Shown here: one piece after another, positions 25,296 to 33,563 of the stretch
Layout: each line of letters starts with the position of its first letter
How positions within the stretch are numbered: the stretch's first letter is position 1
Virus record (IMG/VR): IMGVR_UViG_3300021964_000177
Location: 1 to 39,312 of that record
DNA from: a virus
Taxonomy: Duplodnaviria > Caudoviricetes
Length of the DNA: 39,312 nucleotides
Direction: 5' to 3' (one strand)
The notes under the pieces: model-generated
Seen by the model: the letters and a program-made list of their open reading frames with translations, nothing else
Told to the model about the DNA's origin: nothing
Database searches by the model: none
Program-made: the position numbers and the translations under genes

Positions 25296-26258
25296 ATGTC
25301 ACTATTAGAAGTATCAAAAACATACCGGCCGTTTCACTATCCTTGGGCAGTGGAACTTACAAAGAAACACGAAGAAATCCATTGGGTTGAAGACGAAGCT
25401 GAACTGTCAGAAGACGTTCAGGATTGGAAGACCAAACTAACAAATGATGAAAAAGAATTCATCACTCAGGTTCTTCGTCTATTTACACAGTCAGACGTTC
25501 AAGTCGGCGAAAACTATCATGAGCTATTGATTCCAAAATTTAAGAATAATGAAGTGCGTAACATGCTTTCATCATTTGCAAACCGTGAAGGTGTACACCA
25601 AAGAGCATACGCATTATTGAATGATACACTTGGTTTGCCAGATGATGAGTTCCATGCATTCCTTGAATATAAAGAAATGGCAGACAAAGTTGAGTTCATG
25701 TCACAAGGTAATCCTAACACACATATGGGATTAGCTCAAATTATGGCACAGTCTGTATTCAACGAAGGTATGTCTCTGTTCTCATCATTCGTAATGTTAT
25801 TAAACTTCCAGCGTTTCGGTAAGATGAAGGGTATGGGTACAATCGTTGAATGGTCTGTGCGTGATGAATCAATGCATGTTCAGGGTATTGCTAAACTTTT
25901 CCGTGAGTTCTGTGATGAGCATCCGCGTATTGTAAATGATGAGCTAAAATCAAAAATCTATGACATGGCAAAAACTGCTATTAAACTCGAAGATGCATTT
26001 ATTAAACTAGCATTTAATGGTCATGAAGAAATGGATGGTTTGACAAAGCAGGAAGTCAAAGATTATATTCGTCACATTGCTGATCGTCGTCTATTACAAC
26101 TTGGTCTCAAGCCAATCTTCAAACAAAAAGATAATCCATTGCCTTGGCTAGATTGGATATTAAATGGTGCATCTCATGATAATTTCTTTGAGAAGCGTGT
26201 TACCGAATACTCAGTCAACGGTATGGAAGGTGACTGGGGATGGGAGAAGGTTGCGTGA
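25296..26258 (+). CDS. nrdB: Class I ribonucleotide reductase beta subunit
   Basis: FTQSD, REGVHQRAY, NEGMSLFSSF, RDESMH, NFFE.RVTEY. Confidence 0.97.
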   Translation: MSLLEVSKTYRPFHYPWAVELTKKHEEIHWVEDEAELSEDVQDWKTKLTNDEKEFITQVLRLFTQSDVQVGENYHELLIPKFKNNEVRNMLSSFANREGVHQRAYALLNDTLGLPDDEFHAFLEYKEMADKVEFMSQGNPNTHMGLAQIMAQSVFNEGMSLFSSFVMLLNFQRFGKMKGMGTIVEWSVRDESMHVQGIAKLFREFCDEHPRIVNDELKSKIYDMAKTAIKLEDAFIKLAFNGHEEMDGLTKQEVKDYIRHIADRRLLQLGLKPIFKQKDNPLPWLDWILNGASHDNFFEKRVTEYSVNGMEGDWGWEKVA

Positions 26259-26260
26259 CA

Positions 26261-26413
26261 ATGGAATTTAAGATCGAATGCGAGGAATGTGAAGCTACAA
26301 CCCTTATTACTTCTGACGATTCTCCAGAATTCTGTCCAATGTGTGGTAGACGCAGTTATGCTGATACCACACGTGAATTTGATTATGTTCTAGAGGAAGA
26401 CGAAGATGTATAA
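26261..26413 (+). CDS. Small zinc-ribbon protein (50 aa)
   Basis: My translation MEFKIECEECEATTLITSDDSPEFCPMCGRR...; two CxxC pairs. Confidence 0.75.
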   Translation: MEFKIECEECEATTLITSDDSPEFCPMCGRRSYADTTREFDYVLEEDEDV

Positions 26414-26849
26414 AGTAACAGCATATTTTCGTAATCATAAAGTTACGAAATCGTTTTATGATCTTTATGATGCCATAGATTTCAAAGATAGTGCAGACGC
26501 GCATTATCCAATAAAAACAAATTTAGAAAAGGTGAAAGATATGAAAGAATTTATTTACGACTCTTGGAATGGCATTATGAACTCTAGCGTCAATCCATTG
26601 AGACATATCCCAGATTTAAACACACGTCATATGGTATTACAAGTACTAGCTTGGATGTGGTGCATAGTGTTTGCGTTTTATCTTGGTAGTGTTGTGGCCT
26701 TTGGTATAAGCGCAGTAGCTCATGCTATTGTGTTGGCTGCTATTGTGATTACAGTTGCTACATTTGAAACAGCAAGAACTAATCCAACATTTTTTACTCC
26801 TCGTGATAATATTATCAACAGCCGCGGTGTAGGTGGTGAACACGAATAA
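26406..26849 (+). CDS. Membrane protein with two TM segments, hypothetical
   Basis: NPLRHIPDL..RH.VLQVLAWMWC; possible internal start at 26541. Confidence 0.75.
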   Translation: MYKVTAYFRNHKVTKSFYDLYDAIDFKDSADAHYPIKTNLEKVKDMKEFIYDSWNGIMNSSVNPLRHIPDLNTRHMVLQVLAWMWCIVFAFYLGSVVAFGISAVAHAIVLAAIVITVATFETARTNPTFFTPRDNIINSRGVGGEHE

Positions 26850-26860
26850 TATATAACTGT

Positions 26861-27268
26861 ATGTGGTTATTTAATGAACAGCCTTACGATAAAACCCCAG
26901 ATGAGTACCAAGGATTTGTGTACCTTATCACAGAACTGGATACAGACAAAAAATATATCGGTAAAAAGAACTTCTGGCGGCCTAAGACATTACCAAAAAA
27001 TAGCAAGAGAACTCGACGAGTGCGTACTCGAGTCGAATCTGACTGGCGAGAATATTATGGATCTAATAAAGAACTTCAAGTACTCGTTGAACAGCGAGGG
27101 CAAGATAGTTACAAAAGAGAGATCTTAATACTTTGTAGAACCAAAGGTGAGATGTCATACTATGAAGCTAAGTTGCAGTTTAAGCATGATGTATTATTAA
27201 GAGATGATTATTATAACGAGTTCATAGGATGCAAGATTCATTCGAAACATTTACCGAAAAACTTATAG
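26861..27268 (+). CDS. GIY-YIG (Seg-like) nuclease
   Basis: GFVYLIT......KYIGKK...SDWREYYGS...REIL...YYEAK. Confidence 0.8.
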   Translation: MWLFNEQPYDKTPDEYQGFVYLITELDTDKKYIGKKNFWRPKTLPKNSKRTRRVRTRVESDWREYYGSNKELQVLVEQRGQDSYKREILILCRTKGEMSYYEAKLQFKHDVLLRDDYYNEFIGCKIHSKHLPKNL

Positions 27269-27384
27269 AATTTTACGGTGATAAGCTAGTTAATCCTGAG
27301 CAGTATCCAAAAACATTTGAATATCAGGTAAAGATATACGCTTATATAAATAAAAATAGAGGTGAAGATGAAATACGTATATGA
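27229..27384 (+). CDS. Small hypothetical protein (51 aa)
   Basis: My translation MQDSFETFTEKLIEFYGDKLVNPEQYPKTFEYQVKIYAYINKNRGEDEIRI; fills the apparent gap. Confidence 0.55.
   Translation: MQDSFETFTEKLIEFYGDKLVNPEQYPKTFEYQVKIYAYINKNRGEDEIRI
27345..27352 (+). promoter_or_regulatory. T4-type late promoter
   Basis: TATAAATA just upstream of 27362/27368. Confidence 0.6.
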
Positions 27385-27781
27385 AGTAATTGAAGAAGTT
27401 CAAAAAGCAAAAACAAAAGCTGATAAAGTCAAAAAACTTAAGAAAAATGATTCGTGGGCTCTTAAAGATATTTTAAGAGGAACATACGACTCTACAGTTA
27501 AATGGCTGTTACCTCCGGGTGAACCACCGTACACCCCGAATGATGGACACAACGCTCCATCAAATCTCCTTAAAAGAAACAAAGAATTCGCATATTTTGC
27601 TAAAGGCGGACCGGGAGGAAGACTTCCAGCCTATAAACGAGAAAAGATTTTTATCGGTTTGATTGAGTCGATTGATCCTAAAGACGCACGACTCGTTATA
27701 TCTATGATTAACAAGGAAAAGCTAAAAGGTATTACAAGACCTGTAATAGAGGAGGCCTTTCCGGGATTATTGCAAGATTAA
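27362..27781 (+). CDS. Conserved T4-like hypothetical protein (DUF6433-like)
   Basis: WLLPPGEPPY.P...KREKIFI.LIESI.P.DA; the family name is recalled, not searched. Confidence 0.7.
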   Translation: MKMKYVYEVIEEVQKAKTKADKVKKLKKNDSWALKDILRGTYDSTVKWLLPPGEPPYTPNDGHNAPSNLLKRNKEFAYFAKGGPGGRLPAYKREKIFIGLIESIDPKDARLVISMINKEKLKGITRPVIEEAFPGLLQD

Positions 27782-27802
27782 CCATTAACCGGAGTATCTA
27801 GT

Positions 27803-27955
27803 ATGACAACAGCTCAGCTTGAACGACTCAAGAAAGACTCAAACGACCTTCAAACATATGCAGAAAAATTGAAGAGGAAAGGATTGATCAATAGAATGAA
27901 AAAAATCTTAGAGAAACGAGCTTTCTTAAACCAACGGATCGCTGAGGTAACATAG
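27803..27955 (+). CDS. Small basic helical protein (50 aa)
   Basis: MTTAQLERLKKDSNDLQTYAEKLKRKGLINRMKKILEKRAFLNQRIAEVT; GGAG SD. Confidence 0.65.
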   Translation: MTTAQLERLKKDSNDLQTYAEKLKRKGLINRMKKILEKRAFLNQRIAEVT

Positions 27956-27971
27956 AAAAATATAAGGATTA

Positions 27972-28001
27972 AAAAGGGCTCCAATTTTTTGGAGCTCTTT
28001 T
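27972..28001 (+). terminator. Rho-independent terminator (possibly bidirectional)
   Basis: AAAAGGGCTCCAA-TTTT-TTGGAGCTCTTTT. Confidence 0.8.
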
Positions 28002-28022
28002 GATTTTTAGTTTATTTTTGGG

Positions 28023-28052
28023 GTTTACAAGAATCACTTTCTATGGTATAAT
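28023..28052 (+). promoter_or_regulatory. T4-like early promoter
   Basis: GTTTACA, 17-bp spacer, TGG-TATAAT. Confidence 0.85.
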
Positions 28053-28087
28053 AACTAGTATTATGTTGGAGAGCGGAGGTATATCTC

Positions 28088-28696
28088 ATGAATCTTTTTA
28101 TTTTATCATTGGACCCTATTGAAGCTGCTGAAATGCAGTGTGACAAGCATGTCCCTAAAATGCTAGTCGAATCAGGACAAATGTTGTCTACTGCTCATCG
28201 TGTACTCGATGGTAAACTCACTAAAAAACCATCTAAGTCTGGTAAGACGATGGTTAAATACTGGGATCTGTATGAAGGTGCCGATGACTTCGAAGCAGAA
28301 TTACTCTATTACAAAGCTGTGCATGTTGGTCATCCTTGTACAAAATGGACTATGGAATCAGATTCAAATTATCGTTGGCATTGGGAACACATGAAAGCTC
28401 TTGCCGACGAGTATACATATAGATACAGTACTGAAAAAGAGCCATATAAAACTCATAAGACTCAACGCGAATTGTTGTGGCAAATTCAATCAACACCGCG
28501 TAATATACCAAAGGGACCAATGACTCCGTTTCCTCTAGCAATGAAGTCAAATCCTGAATGTATGTTTGATGATCCAGTGAAGTCTTATCGTGCGTTTTAT
28601 CAGACTAAACAAGCACGCTTTAAAATGTTATGGGAAAAAGGAAGGGATAAACCAGAATGGTTTCAATATCACAACTCAGTCCAGTTGATCGCTTAA
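28088..28696 (+). CDS. Pyrimidine-dimer DNA glycosylase-like (Pyr_excise family) protein
   Basis: MNLF.L..DP..AA...CDKHV.KM.VESGQMLSTAH...HPCT.W...EYTYRY. Confidence 0.7.
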   Translation: MNLFILSLDPIEAAEMQCDKHVPKMLVESGQMLSTAHRVLDGKLTKKPSKSGKTMVKYWDLYEGADDFEAELLYYKAVHVGHPCTKWTMESDSNYRWHWEHMKALADEYTYRYSTEKEPYKTHKTQRELLWQIQSTPRNIPKGPMTPFPLAMKSNPECMFDDPVKSYRAFYQTKQARFKMLWEKGRDKPEWFQYHNSVQLIA

Positions 28697-28845
28697 TCTT
28701 TTTAGCAGAAGAAATTACACTACTCGAATCTCGATTAGAGATGCATGATACCGGTCATATTAGTACAGCAATTAGCGTATTAAGAGAACGAGTATTCGAA
28801 ATAAGGGAAGAAATCGATGCCGCGCTACACGCTCAAAGACGTTAA
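28657..28845 (+). CDS. Hypothetical protein
   Basis: 62 aa (HDTGHISTAISVLRERV), fits the tiling. Confidence 0.65.
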   Translation: MVSISQLSPVDRLIFLAEEITLLESRLEMHDTGHISTAISVLRERVFEIREEIDAALHAQRR

Positions 28846-29050
28846 AACTCAACATACATGGGATGTAACTTGCTCTTACGAAGAACTGCAAACTATTCTT
28901 GATGAGATGCCAGATGTATCACAAGTGTTATCATTTCCTAATATGATTACTCAGCACGGTTCTACTATTGGAAAGACGAGTGGAGACTGGCGAGATTTCA
29001 TGAAAAAAATTGACAAAAACGCAGGAAGAAACAGTAAAGTTAAAACATGA
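28817..29050 (+). CDS. Small conserved hypothetical protein (FmdB-like N-terminus)
   Basis: MPRYTLKD....; located directly before phoH. Confidence 0.65.
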   Translation: MPRYTLKDVKTQHTWDVTCSYEELQTILDEMPDVSQVLSFPNMITQHGSTIGKTSGDWRDFMKKIDKNAGRNSKVKT

Positions 29051-29724
29051 GTAGCGCAAGAGTTAGATACGAAGACTTACTTGAATTTGATCCAATTACA
29101 GAAAATCAAAAGAAAGCATTTGAGTTGTGGGATGAAGGTGAAAATCTAGTTCTAGCTGGTTCAGCTGGTACCGGTAAAACTTTCATTGCAATGTATCTTG
29201 CTCTCGAAAAAGTACTTGAAAAATCTACAGAGTTTGATAAAGTAATTGTTATGCGTTCTGTAGTCGCTGTACGAGAAATAGGTTATCTTCCCGGAAAGTT
29301 GGAAGAAAAAACATCTGTTTTTGAATCTCCGTATAAAGCAGTTGCCGAAGAACTATTAGAAGATAAAGCTGCTTGGAACAAATTAACAAATAGCCACCAA
29401 ATACAATTTGAAACAACTTCATTTGTACGAGGTAAAACATTTGACAGAGCTATTATTATTGTCGATGAAATGCAGAATCTTAACTTCCATGAACTTGATT
29501 CTGTCATGACTCGAGCTGGAGAAAACTGCAGGCTAATCTTCTGCGGTGATTATTTACAAACGGATTTTCACCATGAGGGTGAAAGGAATGGCTTAGCAAA
29601 GTTCTTAAATATTATCGAAAGAATGAAAGACTTTTCGGTTGTTCAATTTGGATGGGATGATATTGTTCGCTCCGGTATCGTCAGAGATTACATCATGACT
29701 AAGGAGATGATGGGACTCAAGTAA
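29047..29724 (+). CDS. phoH: PhoH-like ATPase
   Basis: GSAGTGKT, GYLPG, RGKTF, IIVDEMQN, CGDYLQ.D, DIVRSGIVR. Confidence 0.95.
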   Translation: MSSARVRYEDLLEFDPITENQKKAFELWDEGENLVLAGSAGTGKTFIAMYLALEKVLEKSTEFDKVIVMRSVVAVREIGYLPGKLEEKTSVFESPYKAVAEELLEDKAAWNKLTNSHQIQFETTSFVRGKTFDRAIIIVDEMQNLNFHELDSVMTRAGENCRLIFCGDYLQTDFHHEGERNGLAKFLNIIERMKDFSVVQFGWDDIVRSGIVRDYIMTKEMMGLK

Positions 29725-30074
29725 TGAAAAAAGCACTATACGTATTTTTCATATTCTGGATTCTGATGGTTGCATTTATATTTTTTATGCCACGAGCAGA
29801 TGCGAATATGTACGCTAAACCAGTAATCTGCGGACCACCTCAAGACATTTATCTCGAGTGGGATAAGTTTGAAATGTATCCTCTTATCGCCTTCGGTGGA
29901 ATGACATGGTTAGAAGATGGATCCACACAATCATCAGTGACAATAATTGTAATAAATCAAGAGAATAGGTTCGCTATTGTAGAAAAAAATGGTGAAGATA
30001 TTTGTTTACTTTCTGTCGGAAATGTGGTAGAATATAACTCTGAAGCAATAAAAGAAATAATGGACTGGCAATGA
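29724..30074 (+). CDS. Secreted/membrane hypothetical protein
   Basis: N-terminal hydrophobic signal; KPVICG...CLLSVG. Confidence 0.7.
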   Translation: MKKALYVFFIFWILMVAFIFFMPRADANMYAKPVICGPPQDIYLEWDKFEMYPLIAFGGMTWLEDGSTQSSVTIIVINQENRFAIVEKNGEDICLLSVGNVVEYNSEAIKEIMDWQ

Positions 30075-30083
30075 CAAATAGTT

Positions 30084-30113
30084 GTTTACATTTCCGGAAA
30101 ATTGTGGTATAAT
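30084..30113 (+). promoter_or_regulatory. T4-like early promoter
   Basis: GTTTACA, 17-bp spacer, TGTGG-TATAAT. Confidence 0.85.
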
Positions 30114-30139
30114 AGCTTATACAATTGAAAAGGAATATG

Positions 30140-30820
30140 ATGATGGAGTTTATCCATGAAAAGATTGATATGGGATACGAAAGCCTTGATAGAACAGATA
30201 GCCCAGATGGTAGGCGTTATCTTACCTTGGATGGTAATGCTTATCCTTCTGTTACTACTGTACTTTCTATCCTAAGCGAAGAGTCTATTGCTAAGTGGCG
30301 TAAACGTGTTGGCGAAGAAGAAGCTAATCGTATCGGCGGCCGTGCTGCTGCTCGTGGCACAGCAGTCCACAGTCTTATTGAAAAGTATCTTAAGAATGAA
30401 AAGGATTGTAGAGAAAGCTTCTTACCTCACGTAGTACAATCTCTTGAAAATCTACGTCCTCTACTCGATAAGCACGTTACTAAAGTATATGGTCAAGAAG
30501 TTCCTCTCTACTCCGATCATCTTAAGCTAGCGGGTACCTGTGATGCCATTGTTGAATGGGATGGTGTACCTACAATCGTTGACTGGAAGACTTCACGCCG
30601 TCCTAAGAAGAAAGCCAACATTAGTAATTACTTCATGCAACTTGCAGCCTATGCTGTTATGTGGGAAGAACGTACTGGCATGCCTATCAATCAAACACGT
30701 ATTGTCATGGATGTGGATGATTTCCATCCTGTCATGTATAAAGAAACACGTGATGCTTGGATTGACAAGCTGATTGAGACTCGTGATGAATATAACAAAA
30801 GAAAAATGTTTCATGGATAA
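30140..30820 (+). CDS. PD-(D/E)xK exonuclease (RecB/Cas4-like phage exonuclease)
   Basis: YPSVTTVL, RGTAVH, AGTCD, IVDWKTS, YFMQLAAYA. Confidence 0.88.
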   Translation: MMEFIHEKIDMGYESLDRTDSPDGRRYLTLDGNAYPSVTTVLSILSEESIAKWRKRVGEEEANRIGGRAAARGTAVHSLIEKYLKNEKDCRESFLPHVVQSLENLRPLLDKHVTKVYGQEVPLYSDHLKLAGTCDAIVEWDGVPTIVDWKTSRRPKKKANISNYFMQLAAYAVMWEERTGMPINQTRIVMDVDDFHPVMYKETRDAWIDKLIETRDEYNKRKMFHG

Positions 30821-30959
30821 AGCAAAGAGATTGCACAGATCTACTTTTGCGAGGATAAGAAGAAGAGCTCGTAAAACTGCTATCTTTACTCGTCAAACAT
30901 TAGCGTTTGGTAAGCTGAGAGCTAGACGAAAAAAAGTGAAAAAAATTCAAAAAAAGTGA
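30813..30959 (+). CDS. Small Arg/Lys-rich ORF
   Basis: MDKAKRLHRSTFARIRRRARK...; its tail runs over the promoter A-tracts. Confidence 0.4.
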   Translation: MDKAKRLHRSTFARIRRRARKTAIFTRQTLAFGKLRARRKKVKKIQKK

Positions 30960-30997
30960 AAAAAATGGTTTACAATCCTCTTTTTTTATGGTATAAT
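30929..30997 (+). promoter_or_regulatory. T4-like early promoter with four phased A7 tracts
   Basis: A7 tracts at 30929, 30939, 30949 and 30959; GTTTACA at 30968; 17-bp spacer; TGG-TATAAT 30992-30997. Confidence 0.88.
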
Positions 30998-31032
30998 AGA
31001 TCTATAAAATGGAAAAGGAAGAGGAGTCCTAA

Positions 31033-31269
31033 ATGTCTAAGCCAATCTCAAACTCTAGGTATCGTCAGCTAATCTTGTCAATGACACCTGATCAGCAGCG
31101 TGAATCAATCGAACGTGGTCTTCGTGTCCTTCCTCGTTTTATTATGGAAGAAGTTGCACGTGTACCTCAGCTTCCCGGATCACCAAAAGTTATCAAACAT
31201 CTCGAGTCTCGCTTAAAGCAGGTTCGGTTGATGCATTCTTCACTTATTGCAAATGGGAGGGTTGTATAA
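31033..31269 (+). CDS. Early hypothetical protein
   Basis: GAGGAG SD after an early promoter. Confidence 0.75.
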   Translation: MSKPISNSRYRQLILSMTPDQQRESIERGLRVLPRFIMEEVARVPQLPGSPKVIKHLESRLKQVRLMHSSLIANGRVV

Positions 31270-31484
31270 TGCGTATCAAAGGTGCAATGACAATTCTAAA
31301 CAAACGTGCTAAGTTCTATGGTATGTGTATCGAAGAATTCGTTCACTGGTTAGACAATCGTACCTCAGCCTTCGGGTATGTCGATGAAACAGTTAAAGTT
31401 CTTCAAGCATATGAAGTCTATAAACAAGATCAAGGTTATGTCTGGTCTGGTACAAATTTTGAAACTTGGGTTAAAAGGAATTAG
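31269..31484 (+). CDS. Early hypothetical protein
   Basis: TAATG coupling and GGAGG SD. Confidence 0.7.
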   Translation: MRIKGAMTILNKRAKFYGMCIEEFVHWLDNRTSAFGYVDETVKVLQAYEVYKQDQGYVWSGTNFETWVKRN

Positions 31485-31485
31485 T

Positions 31486-32010
31486 ATGACAATATACTTA
31501 GACATGGATGGCGTAATCGCCGACTTCTTTGATGGTCTAGCTAGACGATATGGTGTAAGCCATTGGAAGTCTATTCAAGATCGTGAAATCAAGTTTAGAG
31601 AACTCGCTAATACTGATTTCTTCTACAATCTAGATGTGTTTCCAACATCTCAGAAACTTGTAGATCATGTGAAAGAGGTAGCTTTTTCAGAAGAAACTGA
31701 ATGGGGTATCTGTTCATCTCCACTTCGTGGTGATTCTCATAACTCATCTTTTTGGAAACGACTCTGGTTAGAAAAACAAGGTTTTATTCCGCCACTGATT
31801 GAGAACATGATTTTCACAAGTAACAAACACAAATATGCTGTAAGTCCTTTGACTCGCAGACCAAATATTCTCATCGATGATAAGCCAGAAAATATTCGTC
31901 GATGGAATGAAGCTGGTGGTATCGGTATTCGCTACCAAGCAAATGAAGATGATCTTGAAGAATACCTGTTTGTTGAATTGGAGAATGCATGCGTATTGGC
32001 GAGATACTAA
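31486..32010 (+). CDS. HAD-family 5'(3')-deoxyribonucleotidase
   Basis: IYLDMDGVIADF, CSSP, K..W, ILIDD...NI..W..AGG.GI. Confidence 0.88.
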   Translation: MTIYLDMDGVIADFFDGLARRYGVSHWKSIQDREIKFRELANTDFFYNLDVFPTSQKLVDHVKEVAFSEETEWGICSSPLRGDSHNSSFWKRLWLEKQGFIPPLIENMIFTSNKHKYAVSPLTRRPNILIDDKPENIRRWNEAGGIGIRYQANEDDLEEYLFVELENACVLARY

Positions 32011-32213
32011 AACTTCGTTTTGATTTTGAAGAACTAACAGATGGTTTTCAAATACCTGAAGGGAGTGATATAAATACTCTCGAGTGGTTTGTTGAGAATG
32101 GCCATAGGTCAAACTCGCTTCGTAATGGTTTTGATGATGCGAAAAAAATAGCACAAGCAATCATTACGGAGTACCATAATGGCGGAAGAGGAAAAGAAAT
32201 CAGTAACCATTGA
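31989..32213 (+). CDS. Hypothetical protein
   Basis: 74 aa, GGAG SD. Confidence 0.65.
   Translation: MRIGEILKLRFDFEELTDGFQIPEGSDINTLEWFVENGHRSNSLRNGFDDAKKIAQAIITEYHNGGRGKEISNH
32069..32076 (+). promoter_or_regulatory. Possible T4-type late promoter
   Basis: TATAAATA about 100 nt upstream of 32179, inside the preceding ORF. Confidence 0.45.
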
Positions 32214-32535
32214 CGCAGATGCGATTGATGGCGCAGACACAAATGGCGATGGCCATATTACAAAAGAAGAAATGGAGATGCATCTGGAGTTTAAGCGTAA
32301 AGAGCTTGAAGATGCAGATGCACAAAGAGACGCAATGCGTAAGATGACATGGTTTGCATTATTCGGTATGTTATTATATCCATTTGCTATCCTTATCACT
32401 TCAATGCTAGGGCAGGATAAGGCTGCAGATCTGATTGGTGATATTGCACCTACATACTTTGTCTCTATTTCTGTATTAGTAGCAGCGTTTTTTGGCGCTG
32501 ATGCAGTAAAAGGAAAGACTGCTGCAAAAAAGTAA
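32179..32535 (+). CDS. EF-hand plus two-TM membrane protein
   Basis: Canonical EF-hand loop DTNGDGHITKEE, then two hydrophobic helices and a basic tail. Confidence 0.75.
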   Translation: MAEEEKKSVTIDADAIDGADTNGDGHITKEEMEMHLEFKRKELEDADAQRDAMRKMTWFALFGMLLYPFAILITSMLGQDKAADLIGDIAPTYFVSISVLVAAFFGADAVKGKTAAKK

Positions 32536-32559
32536 TAGATAATTCAAAGTGAGATAATT

Positions 32560-33339
32560 ATGGCAAGATTGATATATCAAGTGTACGTTGGAAAGCGTTC
32601 ACATCTATATGATTGGTGTACAGAATCAGTAAAAAAATATGCAGAGAGGATTGGCGCAGACTATGTTATTCAGCGTCAACCTCTTTTGCGCATTAAACCA
32701 GACGTTTTTTCAACAAATCGAAGTACTGAGTCATATGAAAAGCATGGTGGCTTTTTGCCGATTTATGAAAAAGAAAACGCATTTTCACGGTTTGATAAGT
32801 ATGATCAAATCGCGATTATTGATTCCGATATTTTTGTAAGAGATACAGCACCCGATATATTCTTTGAACTCGATGAAGAGTACGACTTTGGAGGATGTGT
32901 TGAAGCAAATATGCCAATGCACGATTGGTATCGAAATAAGATTATAAATTATTCTAGAATGCAATACGGTAGTTTGAAGATTGACTGGGAATGGAATGAT
33001 GAAACCGGATTCCCATTCATGAATATGGGCATGATGCTTATGAATAAAAGTTTTGCTCAACACTTAAACGGTCAAACACCTAAGCAATTTCTAGAACGTA
33101 AAGAGTTTAAGATGTTCATTGATGGTATGGGTCCATGGAAATGGTCAACAGATCAAACTCTTTTGAATTACTGGATTCGAAAAGAAAAGATGAATATTAA
33201 GAAACTTGATTGGAAGTGGAATGGATTGTACACTGCATGTACTCGAATTAAAGAATGTCATTTTGTGCATTTCTTCTTAAAAGACAAACTTCCAAATCGC
33301 GGTGAAAATGTAAATGAATTGAAGGAAGCAGTATTATGA
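32560..33339 (+). CDS. GT-A fold glycosyltransferase (GT8/GT34-like)
   Basis: IIDSD (DxD), NMGMM, DQTLLN, KWN, FVHF. Confidence 0.8.
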   Translation: MARLIYQVYVGKRSHLYDWCTESVKKYAERIGADYVIQRQPLLRIKPDVFSTNRSTESYEKHGGFLPIYEKENAFSRFDKYDQIAIIDSDIFVRDTAPDIFFELDEEYDFGGCVEANMPMHDWYRNKIINYSRMQYGSLKIDWEWNDETGFPFMNMGMMLMNKSFAQHLNGQTPKQFLERKEFKMFIDGMGPWKWSTDQTLLNYWIRKEKMNIKKLDWKWNGLYTACTRIKECHFVHFFLKDKLPNRGENVNELKEAVL

Positions 33340-33563
33340 CATTGATATCTGAATTTTTTAGTGAAGATGAAAAGAAATATTCATCGATCAGTATTGAAAA
33401 TGATATGTTTGTAGTAAAGTATTACACTGATGGTGAAGTGACTGGTACATATAGCACAGATTGGCGACAAGACGCTGAAGGCAAAGCCGAAGAACATGTT
33501 CTTGGATATATTGCTCAAACAGATCCAGATGAATACCAAGGTGGAGTAGAGTATTTCGGATGA
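33336..33563 (+). CDS. Acidic hypothetical protein
   Basis: 75 aa, ATGA overlaps on both sides. Confidence 0.7.
   Translation: MTLISEFFSEDEKKYSSISIENDMFVVKYYTDGEVTGTYSTDWRQDAEGKAEEHVLGYIAQTDPDEYQGGVEYFG

Noticed and set aside
26861-27268. Mobile homing endonuclease or intron near nrdAB
   Set aside because: nrdA and nrdB are uninterrupted, with no intron or intein motifs. The GIY-YIG ORF is short and lacks an obvious DNA-binding extension, so mobility is unsupported.
30140-30820. CRISPR-associated Cas4
   Set aside because: Lacks the four-Cys Fe-S motif and any CRISPR context; it is a typical T4-like phage exonuclease.
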